From: Eubacterium sp.
Lineage (GTDB): Bacteria > Bacillota > Clostridia > Oscillospirales > Acutalibacteraceae
NCBI GenBank assembly: GCA_050872345.1
Contig: JBNMGQ010000001.1
Coordinates: 2,039 to 66,038, forward strand
Direction of reading: 5' to 3'
DNA: 64,000 bases
Both the position numbers and the translations under genes were made by a program. The stretch's first letter is position 1; the number at the start of each line of letters is the position of its first letter. Below are positions 37,524 to 47,789 of this stretch, piece by piece. The notes beneath the pieces were generated by a model, which was given only the letters and a program-made list of their open reading frames with translations, ran no database searches and was not told the DNA's origin.

Positions 37524-39136
37524 ACAGACCTAATATTATTGTAATTAATCCTGACCAAATGCGTGCCGACGCACTTCATCATTTAGGTTCAATTGCAAGC
37601 TACACGCCTAACATTGACGCACTTGCAAACGACGGAGTCAGCTTTTCAAATGCGTTTTGTCAAAATCCTGTTTGTGCTCCGTCAAGGTGCTCGTTTATGA
37701 CCGGACTTTACCCACACACAAACGGTCACAGGACTATGAGTTATCTTTTGCGACCGGGTGAAAAAAATCTTTTCAAGCTATTAAAAGACAACGGCTATTA
37801 TGTTTGGTCAAGTGGACGAGGCGACTGCCTTGCAGGTCAAAACAACAAGTGGCTAAAGCAATGCATTGATAAGATTTACAACAAATGCGGAAGTGACAAA
37901 ATCACCGACGACGGCAGAGGTGGCAGAAATTCACAGCAATTCAACAGCTTTTACCGTGGTGAAATTCACACAGACAACCCTGACAGAATATGCCACGACA
38001 ATGATTATCAGTGGACCGTCGGTTGCGAAGAATTGATAAACAATATAAATAAATCCGACAAGCCTGTTTTTGCATTTTTAGGCTTGATGAATCCACATCC
38101 ACCGTACCGTGCAGAGAAAAAATATCTTGATTTGATTGACGAGGGCAAGATTAAGCCGAGAGTACCTGCGTCAAGTAATGACTCAAACAAGCCGTCTATG
38201 GAATATGCGTTAAAAGAAAATCTTAACATTGACGGTTGGGATGAGGAAAATTATATTAAACTTCGCAAAACATACCTTGCTATGTGTGCAAAGGTTGACG
38301 ATATGGTGGGTCGAATTGTTAAAGCGTTAAAGGACAGCAATCAATATAACAACACGGCTATATTTTTCTTTTCCGACCACGGCGATTTTACGGGTGACTA
38401 CTCTTTAAGTGAAAAGGCACAAAACATTTTTTACGATTGCCTGACAAATGTTCCGTTTATCATTAAGCCACCGAAAGGATATAAAATCGACAACGGCATC
38501 AACGACAATCTTGTTGAACTTATCGATTTTTACGCAACTGCAATTGACTTTGCAAATGTTAAAGCCGACCACAGTCATTTCGGCAAATCACTTGTTGAAA
38601 CTATCGCCGACAAGTCAAAAGCTGTTCGTGACTTTGTATTTTGTGAGGGTGGCAGGCTGATGAGTGAAACGCATTGCACGGAAGAAGTCGAAACATATTT
38701 CGGCATTAAGGCAGACGACTACGAGCCGAGAATTTCCGTTCAACAGCGTCAAACGGGTGAGCACACCAAGGCTGCTATGATTAGGAATAAGGAATACAAA
38801 TATGTTCTTCGTTTTTACGAAAAAGACGAATTTTATGTTCTGGCAGACGGTGAAAGCGTAAACCAAATCGACAATCCTAAATATAAGCAAATGATAAACG
38901 AGTTTAAAGAGAAACTTCTCTATTGGTATATGCAAACCTGCGACGAAGTTCCGTTTGACGAGGACGCTCGCTTTCCCGACGATTACTACCTTGAAACCGT
39001 CAATGCACTTGCTCATTTCAAGGTTTCTCCACTGATTAAAGCAGTTATGAAACTCACCCATAACGACTTCACCACCCTTATCAATAAAGCCCTAAAGGCA
39101 TTCAAAATTGATACGAATAAATTTTATAAGTATTGA
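37520..39136 (+). CDS. Sulfatase (Cys-type)
   Basis: RPNII…DQMR, CAPSRCSFMTG (CxPxR), PHPPY, SDHGD. Confidence 0.92.
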   Translation: MNRPNIIVINPDQMRADALHHLGSIASYTPNIDALANDGVSFSNAFCQNPVCAPSRCSFMTGLYPHTNGHRTMSYLLRPGEKNLFKLLKDNGYYVWSSGRGDCLAGQNNKWLKQCIDKIYNKCGSDKITDDGRGGRNSQQFNSFYRGEIHTDNPDRICHDNDYQWTVGCEELINNINKSDKPVFAFLGLMNPHPPYRAEKKYLDLIDEGKIKPRVPASSNDSNKPSMEYALKENLNIDGWDEENYIKLRKTYLAMCAKVDDMVGRIVKALKDSNQYNNTAIFFFSDHGDFTGDYSLSEKAQNIFYDCLTNVPFIIKPPKGYKIDNGINDNLVELIDFYATAIDFANVKADHSHFGKSLVETIADKSKAVRDFVFCEGGRLMSETHCTEEVETYFGIKADDYEPRISVQQRQTGEHTKAAMIRNKEYKYVLRFYEKDEFYVLADGESVNQIDNPKYKQMINEFKEKLLYWYMQTCDEVPFDEDARFPDDYYLETVNALAHFKVSPLIKAVMKLTHNDFTTLINKALKAFKIDTNKFYKY

Positions 39137-39150
39137 TAATTATATTTTTC

Positions 39151-39216
39151 GTAGTGGCGAACATCGTTCGCCAAACAAAACAGCGACAGCAGGATCTCCT
39201 GCTGTCGCTGTTTTTA
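39151..39216. terminator. REP copy plus bidirectional terminator
   Basis: GTAGTGGCGAACATCGTTCGCC (39151..39172), then AAAACAGCGACAGCAGG…CCTGCTGTCGCTGTTTT. Confidence 0.8.
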
Positions 39217-39286
39217 TGATAATCGTATACTGCACTTTATTTATATCATAATTTTTGCCAATTACCATATTTATTATGTTTTTCTT

Positions 39287-40525
39287 TTACATTGACATAT
39301 CAAATGATAAATAATCTTCAGCGACATCATTTTCAACATCTTCGTTAATGTCGTCATTGATTTGCCAAGTCTTTTCCATAGCAAGATTATGGATATATTC
39401 TATTCTTTGGTTGATTGAAGATATGATTTTTTGCTTTCTTGCATCGTCAATTAAATTTTCATCGGCGTCATTCAATATTCCGAGTATTTCATTGTCGATA
39501 TTATTCAAAGCGTTAAAGTCTATCCAATCAAAAGAGGTGACTAATCTTAACTGTTCAAAATGAGTTTTTTTGAACGGCTTGCAAACTATCAATGATTGTT
39601 TATCCATATTAGGTGTAACCTTATCATAACCGAACGAAGAACCACTGTCGAAAATCGGTGCAACGCCAATCCATTCAAGCGTATTTGCATTTCTGACAAG
39701 ACCGAAATTATTAAGGTGTCTGTCCTCGTTGGCTATAATAAAATCAACTGCAATCATTTGATTGATTTTATCAACGATATCCTCAATGCCTAAAGATTTG
39801 CAACAGTTAATATAATGCTGATAAACAGATAAGTGATTAGGTTTAGGATACCTTTGCAAAATTTTCCAAGCCGTAACAAGTTCCGTATCCCTTGAAATAA
39901 AATCTTCGCAAACACTATATGGCTTTTCGTCATCAATAATAACAGAATAATTGACATGGTCAACTTTCAACTTATCCATAATTAATGACGCAATAGCCTC
40001 ATTAAACGGCTGTTGTTCATATGGCAAACTGCCTGCTTTAAGAAGACAACGCTTTTGATTAATTATTTTCCATCTTTTCTTTAAGCAACCGTCAGATGTG
40101 TTGTCAGGTGAGTTCAAGCTGATGTTTTCAGAATCTTTTGCTTTTCCGAACAGAATATCACCGACATCTTCTGAAAAATCATTATCAAAGAAATTTACCG
40201 ATTCCCATTCCAAATCATAATTAATAGGCTTAACCCAATACTGATCCGAAAGGCTTAATCCATAGCATTTTGCCAAAAGCAGTTTTGGAGTGCTTACACG
40301 CAAAATTTCAAGTGCATCTCTTACACCTGACCTGCTTGCAGGAATTGAGCGATCACTCCACCATTTATTGAGTAATGCTCTGTCAGCAGACAAGCCATCT
40401 TTAGTTGTACTGATTGGAAGATGAGCAAAGTTATATATTTCGCCTATTTTAACGATTGAACCGGTTTCTTCGTCTAATGATAAATCAGCTACTTTTATGT
40501 TTTTATGCATCAAAGTATAGTTCAA
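39287..40525 (-). CDS. HipA/CtkA-like kinase domain protein
   Basis: GLSLSDQYW, SPDNTSDGCLKKRW, NEDRHLNNFG, APIFDSG. Strong RBS AGGAAGGAG before TTG 40525. Confidence 0.8.
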   Translation of the reverse strand: MNYTLMHKNIKVADLSLDEETGSIVKIGEIYNFAHLPISTTKDGLSADRALLNKWWSDRSIPASRSGVRDALEILRVSTPKLLLAKCYGLSLSDQYWVKPINYDLEWESVNFFDNDFSEDVGDILFGKAKDSENISLNSPDNTSDGCLKKRWKIINQKRCLLKAGSLPYEQQPFNEAIASLIMDKLKVDHVNYSVIIDDEKPYSVCEDFISRDTELVTAWKILQRYPKPNHLSVYQHYINCCKSLGIEDIVDKINQMIAVDFIIANEDRHLNNFGLVRNANTLEWIGVAPIFDSGSSFGYDKVTPNMDKQSLIVCKPFKKTHFEQLRLVTSFDWIDFNALNNIDNEILGILNDADENLIDDARKQKIISSINQRIEYIHNLAMEKTWQINDDINEDVENDVAEDYLSFDMSM

Positions 40526-40732
40526 AATAACGCTCCTTCCTAACTTATTTTCATTAATCATTATACACACTTCCTTCCCTAAAATCAACTTTTAACACAA
40601 ATCAATATCAATCATCCATCATCTACACTGACCATAAAAAATAATGGAAACATATTAAAATATCATTGATGATTTTATATTACTCGGCTTTGTCAATTAT
40701 ATTATTTGTTATGTTTTCCTTATGCATTTTAA

Positions 40733-41614
40733 TTACCGTGTAAATTCTTCGCAAAAAGAAAGATATTTATTTGAATAAACGCTGTCTTTTTCCCAAATAA
40801 AATCAAAATCGTGAAGTATTTTAAAATCATTGAGTTTAATTTCTTTTAGCACACCTGCCTGAAGTTCATCTGCCACTGCCGTTTTATACATAAATGAAAT
40901 ACCGCAATCTTTTTTCAGCAAAGCGATTATCGTGTGCATATTTTCCACCTGCGTATAATGAACAAAATCGGATATTTGCAGTCCGACTGCTGTCAATGAA
41001 TTTTCAAGAATGTTTCGTGTTCCTGACCCTTTTTCACGCACAAGAAGTCGTTCATTTAAAAGGTCGCTTACTCGGCACGGTTTGTCTAAAGCAAAGTTGT
41101 GATTTGCACAACAGACGGCAATATATTCCTCTGTGCTGTATTTTTTGTGTGAATATTTATTATGTGGATAATTTCCCTCAACAATTGCAAGATTGATTTT
41201 TCCCTCATCAAGAAGTTTCAATAGTTGCGATGTATTGCCGTAATGAATGTGCATATTCATTTGAGGATGGGAGAGCAAAAACTTTGCAAGGTTATCTACG
41301 ATAGCATATTCGCCGACCGTCATTGTAACGCCGACAGAAAGAAATTCCGTGTCGGAGTTACAGTTTTGAATTTCATCTTGCATATTCTTTTCATCATTTT
41401 TCATCGTTATTAGATGTGATTTAAGTATCTCCCCACCGGGCGTTAGAAAAAGCTGTTTATTTTTGTAAGTGAAAAGTGTTGTATTATATTTTTCTTCAAG
41501 AAAACGAATATGCCCCGAAACTGCCGGTTGCGTAATATGCAACAAGTTTGCTGCAGTTGTATAGTTCATTGTTTGACATACGGTAAGAAATGTTTCCACC
41601 CTGAAATCAAGCAT
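40733..41614 (-). CDS. LysR family regulator (YeiE/CysL-like)
   Basis: NYTTAANLLHITQPAVSGHIRFLE, REKGSGTR; divergent from the YeiH-family gene. Confidence 0.92.
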   Translation of the reverse strand: MLDFRVETFLTVCQTMNYTTAANLLHITQPAVSGHIRFLEEKYNTTLFTYKNKQLFLTPGGEILKSHLITMKNDEKNMQDEIQNCNSDTEFLSVGVTMTVGEYAIVDNLAKFLLSHPQMNMHIHYGNTSQLLKLLDEGKINLAIVEGNYPHNKYSHKKYSTEEYIAVCCANHNFALDKPCRVSDLLNERLLVREKGSGTRNILENSLTAVGLQISDFVHYTQVENMHTIIALLKKDCGISFMYKTAVADELQAGVLKEIKLNDFKILHDFDFIWEKDSVYSNKYLSFCEEFTR

Positions 41615-41734
41615 TTTATCAGCCCCACTATAAGATATTGTTATTGAATAATAACAATATATAATTTTTATTTATGTGTGTCAAGTGGTATACTGACTTT
41701 GTCAAAAAACAAAATCAGTAAATGAGGTGGCGTT

Positions 41735-42772
41735 ATGGAATTTATAAGAAAAAACTACAGTGGTATTTTGGTTTGCTTGGCAATAGCCGTTGTATCATGG
41801 CTTTTGGGAAAAGCTTTTCCTATTGTTGGTGGTGCAATTATTGCAATTGTAATCGGAATGATTATAACCTTGTTATGGAAAGACAAGGGAAAAGCAGGAA
41901 ACGGAATAAAATGGACATCAAAATACATTCTCCAATCGGCAGTAGTTTTACTCGGCTTTGGTATGAATCTCGGAGTAATATTTGAAACCGGAAAACAGTC
42001 ACTTCCTATTATCGTTTGTACAATCGCAACTTCTCTCATAATCGCATTTATATTGAAAAAGGTGCTAAAAGTCCAGTCAAACACAGCAATACTTGTCGGA
42101 GTCGGTTCGTCAATTTGCGGTGGCTCTGCAATTGCTGCAACTGCGCCTGTAATTGACGCAGATGATAACGAAGTAGCACAATCAATAGCCGTTATATTTT
42201 TCTATAATGTACTTGCAGCTATTTTCTTTCCGATGCTCGGCAGTGCAATCGGATTTGATACTCTTCACGGTGACGCTTTCGGAATTTTTGCAGGAACAGC
42301 AATCAACGACACATCATCCGTTACGGCAGCAGCATCAACATGGGACAGTATGTGGAATCTCGGCAGTGAAACCTTAAACAAAGCTGTTACGGTTAAACTT
42401 ACAAGGACTTTGGCAATTATACCGATTACTCTTGTATTATCTTTTATCCAAAGCAAAAAGAATGCAAAAGCAGGAAAGGAATCAAAAAAATTCAGTTTAC
42501 AAAAATCTTTTCCTATGTTCATTTTGTATTTTGTTCTTGCATCTATTGTAACTACCGTTTGTGTAAAATTAGGAGTTAATGCAAATGTATTTAATCCTGT
42601 AAAAGAATTGTCAAAATTTATGATTATTATGGCGATGGCAGCAATTGGGTTAAACAGTAATGTTGTTCAGCTGATAAAAACAGGCGGAAAGCCGTTAATC
42701 GTCGGTGGCTCCTGCTGGGTCGGAATCACAGCCGTCAGCCTTGCTATGCAACATATTATGGGAATTTGGTAA
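41735..42772 (+). CDS. YeiH family putative sulfate exporter
   Basis: GSSICGGSAIAA, GTAINDTSSV, VKLTRT, AMAAIGL. Confidence 0.92.
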   Translation: MEFIRKNYSGILVCLAIAVVSWLLGKAFPIVGGAIIAIVIGMIITLLWKDKGKAGNGIKWTSKYILQSAVVLLGFGMNLGVIFETGKQSLPIIVCTIATSLIIAFILKKVLKVQSNTAILVGVGSSICGGSAIAATAPVIDADDNEVAQSIAVIFFYNVLAAIFFPMLGSAIGFDTLHGDAFGIFAGTAINDTSSVTAAASTWDSMWNLGSETLNKAVTVKLTRTLAIIPITLVLSFIQSKKNAKAGKESKKFSLQKSFPMFILYFVLASIVTTVCVKLGVNANVFNPVKELSKFMIIMAMAAIGLNSNVVQLIKTGGKPLIVGGSCWVGITAVSLAMQHIMGIW

Positions 42773-42941
42773 ACTATTCAAAACAAAATAACAATAAGCA
42801 GATAGTATCAGAGGAATATTTGTAATTTACTTTAACAGAATTTTTACAGCATTTTATATACGCAGATTTTTGTAAATGAAACACCTTCATACTTGACTAT
42901 AAAAAACAATAATAGTATAATTCAGTTAAGGAGAAATACCA

Positions 42942-43724
42942 ATGAACAAAGAAGCCATAAGAGAAATATCTCTAAAAGCAATTGAAAAATTCAGACTGAT
43001 TGATGATACTTTTATGTCTGTTGCTTTGGAAGATATTGAAACTGCTGAATTTATTTTAAGAATATTGCTTGAAAACGATTCATTAAAAATCGAAAAGGTA
43101 AAAACACAGCATACAGTTAAAAGTTTAACTGAACATTCGGTTATTTTTGATTGCTTTGCAAAAGACAGTAGTGGATGTTTGTACGATATAGAAGTTCAAA
43201 GAACAAAACAAGGTGCAACGCCAAAAAGAGCAAGATATAACAGTGCAGTGCTTGATATTGATACTCTTGAAAAAGGAAAAGATTATTCTGAGTTAAGAGA
43301 CAGTTATGTTATATTTATAACCGAGGACGATTATTTCAACAAAGGTATTGCAATGTATCATATTGACAGAACCGTTAAAGAATTAGACAATGAATGTTTT
43401 AATGACGGTTCGCATATAATATATGTAAATTCAAAATATCAAAACAGCAAAGACAGTATAGGTTTGTTAATGCAAGACTTTTACAAAACAAAAGCAAATG
43501 ATTTTAACTATACTGTGCTTGCGAACAGAATAAGATATTTAAAAGAAGACGAAAAAGGAGTGAATCATATGTGTCAAATTTCTGAAGATTTAATTCAAGA
43601 AGGCAAAAAAGATGAAAAACTTTCGATTATCAAGAAGATGATTGAAAAGAATATGAGCATTGAAGAAATTTCTGACATTGTTGATTTAAGCGTTGAAGAA
43701 ATTCAGAAATTGCTAAATAAATAA
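42942..43724 (+). CDS. Rpn family PD-(D/E)XK nuclease / putative transposase
   Basis: DDTFM, FD…YDIEVQ, KRARY, YVIFITE; own TTGACT-17-TATAAT promoter at 42893..42921. Confidence 0.85.
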   Translation: MNKEAIREISLKAIEKFRLIDDTFMSVALEDIETAEFILRILLENDSLKIEKVKTQHTVKSLTEHSVIFDCFAKDSSGCLYDIEVQRTKQGATPKRARYNSAVLDIDTLEKGKDYSELRDSYVIFITEDDYFNKGIAMYHIDRTVKELDNECFNDGSHIIYVNSKYQNSKDSIGLLMQDFYKTKANDFNYTVLANRIRYLKEDEKGVNHMCQISEDLIQEGKKDEKLSIIKKMIEKNMSIEEISDIVDLSVEEIQKLLNK

Positions 43725-43812
43725 AAAGCTAAGAGAAGTCCTGTTTCAACTTTCGCTGAAACAGGATTTTTTAATATAATTTGAATTTGGTAAACTATTA
43801 AAACAAAATGAT

Positions 43813-43851
43813 AAAACAGCGACAGCAAGAAAACCTGCTGTCGCTGTTTTT
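43813..43851. terminator. Terminator hairpin nearly identical to 39177..39216
   Basis: AAAACAGCGACAGCAAG…CCTGCTGTCGCTGTTTT. Confidence 0.75.
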
Positions 43852-44318
43852 TAGTAATAGTTCCAAGTGACTTTTTTGGCGTCAAGTGTTATTTGGAACA
43901 TACCGTATTTATTATACTTTTTATATTTTTCTTTCTTGCTGAAATATGCGTCAAGTTCGATTTTAAATTCGCCATAGGTGGCTGAGCACGAAACGAACGA
44001 GGATGAAGTTGCATTATTAATCACATCAACAAAATCTTCTCGATTAAGGCTTAAGCCTTTGAATTTGCCTTTGCTGTTAATCGGACTTACAAGATCAAAA
44101 TAATTAAACGGTTCATCATTCATCTCCACAATCATATCGCAGTGCTTGAAGTCTTTGTATTTTTCAAAAAATTCGTCGTCATAATAATTATCCTTAAAAA
44201 GTTCAATGTCAAAAGTGAAAATAAATTTATTATCTTCATTTTTAACTCTGCTTAACTTTTGGTCGTGCAATACACCGTAAGGATAATTAATGCTCGACAT
44301 ATCAAATACTGTTTCCAT
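43851..44318 (-). CDS. Hypothetical protein
   Basis: 155-aa ORF with RBS AGGAGGT, downstream of the fic gene. Confidence 0.7.
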   Translation of the reverse strand: METVFDMSSINYPYGVLHDQKLSRVKNEDNKFIFTFDIELFKDNYYDDEFFEKYKDFKHCDMIVEMNDEPFNYFDLVSPINSKGKFKGLSLNREDFVDVINNATSSSFVSCSATYGEFKIELDAYFSKKEKYKKYNKYGMFQITLDAKKVTWNYY

Positions 44319-44333
44319 TTTACCTCCTATTGT

Positions 44334-45044
44334 TTACTCAATATACTCATGTTTAGTCGGATTATAATTTTTTGATTTGTATTTCTCATACTTTTCTTTT
44401 TTATCGTTTGTTATTACATTATCATTTACATAATCAACAGGCTCAGTGCAAATTGCATCAAGCAAGATTTTCTCCAGATGTTCATATTCCGAATGTTCAC
44501 CAAGGCTTGCAAGAACAAAAGAATCACGCACATATCCGGCACTTTCAACCATAAGATTTTGGTCAAAATAATAACCATAGCGTTCCACAAAGAATGTCAT
44601 CATCATTACAGTAGTTCTTGTGTTGCCCTCTCTAAACGGATGAACTTGCCAAAGCTTTGGAAACAGCCTTGCAATTTGTTTTGCAAAATCTTCCCGTGTA
44701 AGACTTGCCCAATCAATTTTTTTGATTTCGGCAAAAATTTTATCAAGGTCAGCACCTATTTCGGTAACATTTGAGTACCAAACGCTTTGACCTGCCAGCA
44801 ACTCTTCACGCTTTTGAATATTTATTTTTCTAAACTGTCCTGCCCACTCATAAACATCGCCAAATAAAAACTTGTGAATAAAACAAAAGCCGCCGGATGA
44901 AAAATCATTAAAGCCTTTTTCATACAGCAGCATCATATTTGCTCGAGATAATTCAGCCTCTGCCAAATCAAGTTCTTTTTCATTTGTTATGCCAAGCAGG
45001 TTTTTGAGAACTGTACTGTTAGGAATCAAGTACAAATCGTTCAT
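44334..45044 (-). CDS. Fic family protein (adenylyltransferase-type)
   Basis: LKNLLGI, IHKFLFGDVYEWAG, HPFREGNTRT. Confidence 0.92.
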   Translation of the reverse strand: MNDLYLIPNSTVLKNLLGITNEKELDLAEAELSRANMMLLYEKGFNDFSSGGFCFIHKFLFGDVYEWAGQFRKINIQKREELLAGQSVWYSNVTEIGADLDKIFAEIKKIDWASLTREDFAKQIARLFPKLWQVHPFREGNTRTTVMMMTFFVERYGYYFDQNLMVESAGYVRDSFVLASLGEHSEYEHLEKILLDAICTEPVDYVNDNVITNDKKEKYEKYKSKNYNPTKHEYIE

Positions 45045-45052
45045 AAACTCAC

Positions 45053-45232
45053 CTATGATATTTTCTTATGTTTTGCTATAAGAGCAGTTTTCATATCTGC
45101 ACCTGTAATTTCACCCTTAGCCCATTTTGCCGAAAGCTCCTTTGCAAAGGCTGATACAGGCACGCCTTCAATCATATTTAACGCATCTGCAACCTTAATG
45201 GCAGTTGTTCTTTTTGCTTCAATCGGCGACAT
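45053..45232 (-). CDS. VbhA-like Fic antitoxin (59 aa, not in ORF track)
   Basis: MSPIEAKRTTAIKVADALNMIEGVPVS…WAKGEIT…; RBS AAAGGAGTGA; directly upstream of fic; contains the inhibitory-type xxxxEG motif. Confidence 0.75.
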   Translation of the reverse strand: MSPIEAKRTTAIKVADALNMIEGVPVSAFAKELSAKWAKGEITGADMKTALIAKHKKIS

Positions 45233-45372
45233 TGTATCACTCCTTTATGTACTTATTCTATCATATAGTATGGATAATTACAATAAATTTATTTTGACAA
45301 TATCATTTTCAATATGCTATAATATAATCGAACGATTGATTAATGAATAAAATATATTAAGGAAATGATGAA

Positions 45373-45972
45373 ATGAGAACGAGAAACGAAAAGCAATATT
45401 TTGCCAAAAAGGTTGAAATTATGGAAAAAGCATACGACTGCTTTGCTGAAAACGGACTTCACAGTGTCGGTATTCGTGGAATAGCAGAGGCTTGTGGTTG
45501 CACCTCTGCAACGCTTTATCAATATTTTGACGATTTGGACGATTTAATCATTCAGTCAACTGCGTACTGTATGGCCAAGGTTGAAGAAGATTTTATGCAA
45601 ATGGCACCGACAGACCCAAAGGATGTTATGCGATTTATTGAAGAAATACCGTATTGGACGGCTGAAAAGCACGGCAAAAAATACAGACTTATGTACCAAG
45701 TGTACACTCATCCGAAATACATTGAGCACGGAAAAAAGTTTTTTGAGGGCGTAAACGAAAGATACACTGCATATGCTAAATCGTTGGAGGCAAAAATAGG
45801 AATACCGTATAAAATCACAACTCCTCTCATCTTTATTTTTGTCAGAGCCAGCGTACACTATGCAATGTTTGAGGACGAATATTATTTAAAATCACAAATG
45901 GAGGTGTTAAAGCAAAGCGTTATTTTGTTTATGGAAAAATACAAAAACGATTATTTGAAAGGAGAAAGCTAA
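45373..45972 (+). CDS. TetR/AcrR family regulator
   Basis: CFAENGLHSVGIRGIAEACGCTSATLYQYF; TTGACA…TATAAT promoter at 45294..45323. Confidence 0.88.
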   Translation: MRTRNEKQYFAKKVEIMEKAYDCFAENGLHSVGIRGIAEACGCTSATLYQYFDDLDDLIIQSTAYCMAKVEEDFMQMAPTDPKDVMRFIEEIPYWTAEKHGKKYRLMYQVYTHPKYIEHGKKFFEGVNERYTAYAKSLEAKIGIPYKITTPLIFIFVRASVHYAMFEDEYYLKSQMEVLKQSVILFMEKYKNDYLKGES

Positions 45973-47631
45973 ATGAAAAAGAAAATAATCGGCATTGTTG
46001 TAGCGATATGCCTAATTATTGCTACAATTCCGACTATAGTTTTTGCAAGCAACAGTCAAAGCACATCACCTATTAAATTTAACGAAGCACAAAACGAGCA
46101 CGAAAGACCGGGCTGGAGCGTTGAATGGAGCGAAAGCTTTGAGCAAGGCATACCGTCAACTTGGCAAAACATTGACAAAGACGGCGACGGTTACAAGTGG
46201 TGGAAACTGAAAGAAGAACCGACTTTTGAAAACCCCTTTAATCCGTCACACCACGGCAATGAATCAATTCATTCAAATTCTTTCATAAGATTAGGTAGCA
46301 AAATACTCGAGCCTGACAACTGGCTCATTTTACCCGAGCAAAATCTTAATGCAGAAAAAAATTATACACTTACTTTCGACATTGTAACATTTGACAGAAT
46401 GTGTCTTAAAGACAAAATTGGTATATATATTTCAACCGACGGTGGAAACAGTTACAACCAAATCGGTGATGATTTTGATTTTACCAAATGTGAATTTGAT
46501 AACATTACCGGAAAACCACTTTGGCAAGAAGTAGAACTTGACTTGTCTGCTTATTCCGGTAAAAAAGTCAGCATTGCAATAGTGCATCATAACAGCCGTG
46601 ATGAATATATGGTTGTTATGGACTGTATGTATATGTGGAGCATTGATAAACACAAGCACTGCATATGTGGTGGCAACAATAACTTTGACGGTCATGAAAC
46701 GCATACAAATGTCGAGTGGAATGAGTGGAACAGTACCGATTCTTTACCTACTGTTTCAGGAAACTATTACCTTGCAAACGACATTAATCTTGCTACCGAA
46801 CAGACTGTCAATGACGATATAAATATCTGCCTAAACGGAAAAACGATAAAAAGCAATGCAAGTGATTATGCGATTAAAGTCAAAAATAATGCGTCGCTTA
46901 CAATTACAGATTGCACCGACAGTGGCAAAATTGAATGTTCGGTTGAAAACACCGGTTCGTTTAGCCTGTATAACTGTAATATAATCAGTGGTATTTTTAA
47001 AGGTGATGTCGAAAATAACGGTACGATTCTCGGCGGAACATTCTACGGCAATGTCACAGGAAACGGTACGATAGCTGACAGTGCAAAGGTTGAAGTTACG
47101 CTTGATTTAGACGGTGGAAACGGTAACGATAAGGTATATGTTTTGAAAGGACAACAGCTCGCATTACCGACACCTGCTAAGGACGGTTATTCTTTTGACG
47201 GTTGGTACGACGGTGAAAACGAATACGATTTCAATTCACCTGTTTTGTCGCCGTTAAGCTTGACAGCTCATTGGGTTAAAAATCCGACTCCACCGACTAC
47301 AGAGCCACCGTCAACAACTCAACCGACAACAGTTACAACAACAGAACCTACCACGCAGTCACCTACAACAACACAAGCAACCGAACCTGCAACAAAAACC
47401 ACAATTACTTCACAAACCGAATCGACAACTAAAAAGATTTCGGATAAGAATGTTGACGCAGTTGCAGATTATAACGAAAATAATAGCGAAACAACAAAAG
47501 TGATAGCAAGGAAAAACACATCCAAAACTTCACCGAATACCGGCAACACCACAACACTCATCACCTCAACCACCCTTGCAACCCTCCTTGCCATTGCTTT
47601 TGTAATAGCGAAAAAGAAAAAAGTTGACTGA
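45973..47631 (+). CDS. Sortase-anchored surface protein (cleaved-adhesin/choice-of-anchor J domain, InlB B-repeat, Thr/Pro stalk)
   Basis: Signal peptide; WQNIDKDGDG…PDNWLI; PAKDGYSFDGWY; T/P-rich region; SPNTG + hydrophobic segment + KKKK. Confidence 0.8.
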   Translation: MKKKIIGIVVAICLIIATIPTIVFASNSQSTSPIKFNEAQNEHERPGWSVEWSESFEQGIPSTWQNIDKDGDGYKWWKLKEEPTFENPFNPSHHGNESIHSNSFIRLGSKILEPDNWLILPEQNLNAEKNYTLTFDIVTFDRMCLKDKIGIYISTDGGNSYNQIGDDFDFTKCEFDNITGKPLWQEVELDLSAYSGKKVSIAIVHHNSRDEYMVVMDCMYMWSIDKHKHCICGGNNNFDGHETHTNVEWNEWNSTDSLPTVSGNYYLANDINLATEQTVNDDINICLNGKTIKSNASDYAIKVKNNASLTITDCTDSGKIECSVENTGSFSLYNCNIISGIFKGDVENNGTILGGTFYGNVTGNGTIADSAKVEVTLDLDGGNGNDKVYVLKGQQLALPTPAKDGYSFDGWYDGENEYDFNSPVLSPLSLTAHWVKNPTPPTTEPPSTTQPTTVTTTEPTTQSPTTTQATEPATKTTITSQTESTTKKISDKNVDAVADYNENNSETTKVIARKNTSKTSPNTGNTTTLITSTTLATLLAIAFVIAKKKKVD

Positions 47632-47789
47632 TTTTAAATTACATCCTATGATTTTATTTTTGAGTTAAAATTTAGGGAACAATGTCCCTTAATTTTAACA
47701 TAGTTCTTGTTTTATGTGATTTTTCTTGGTATAATGAGTTAAAAGTAAGGTGATAATACACTTAAGTTTTAAGTGAGAGGAAAATTAAA

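Noticed and set aside
42942-43724. Insertion sequence around the Rpn gene
   Set aside because: No terminal inverted repeats or target duplication seen.
47281-47430. Tandem DNA repeat
   Set aside because: Low complexity explained by the Thr/Pro-rich protein stalk.
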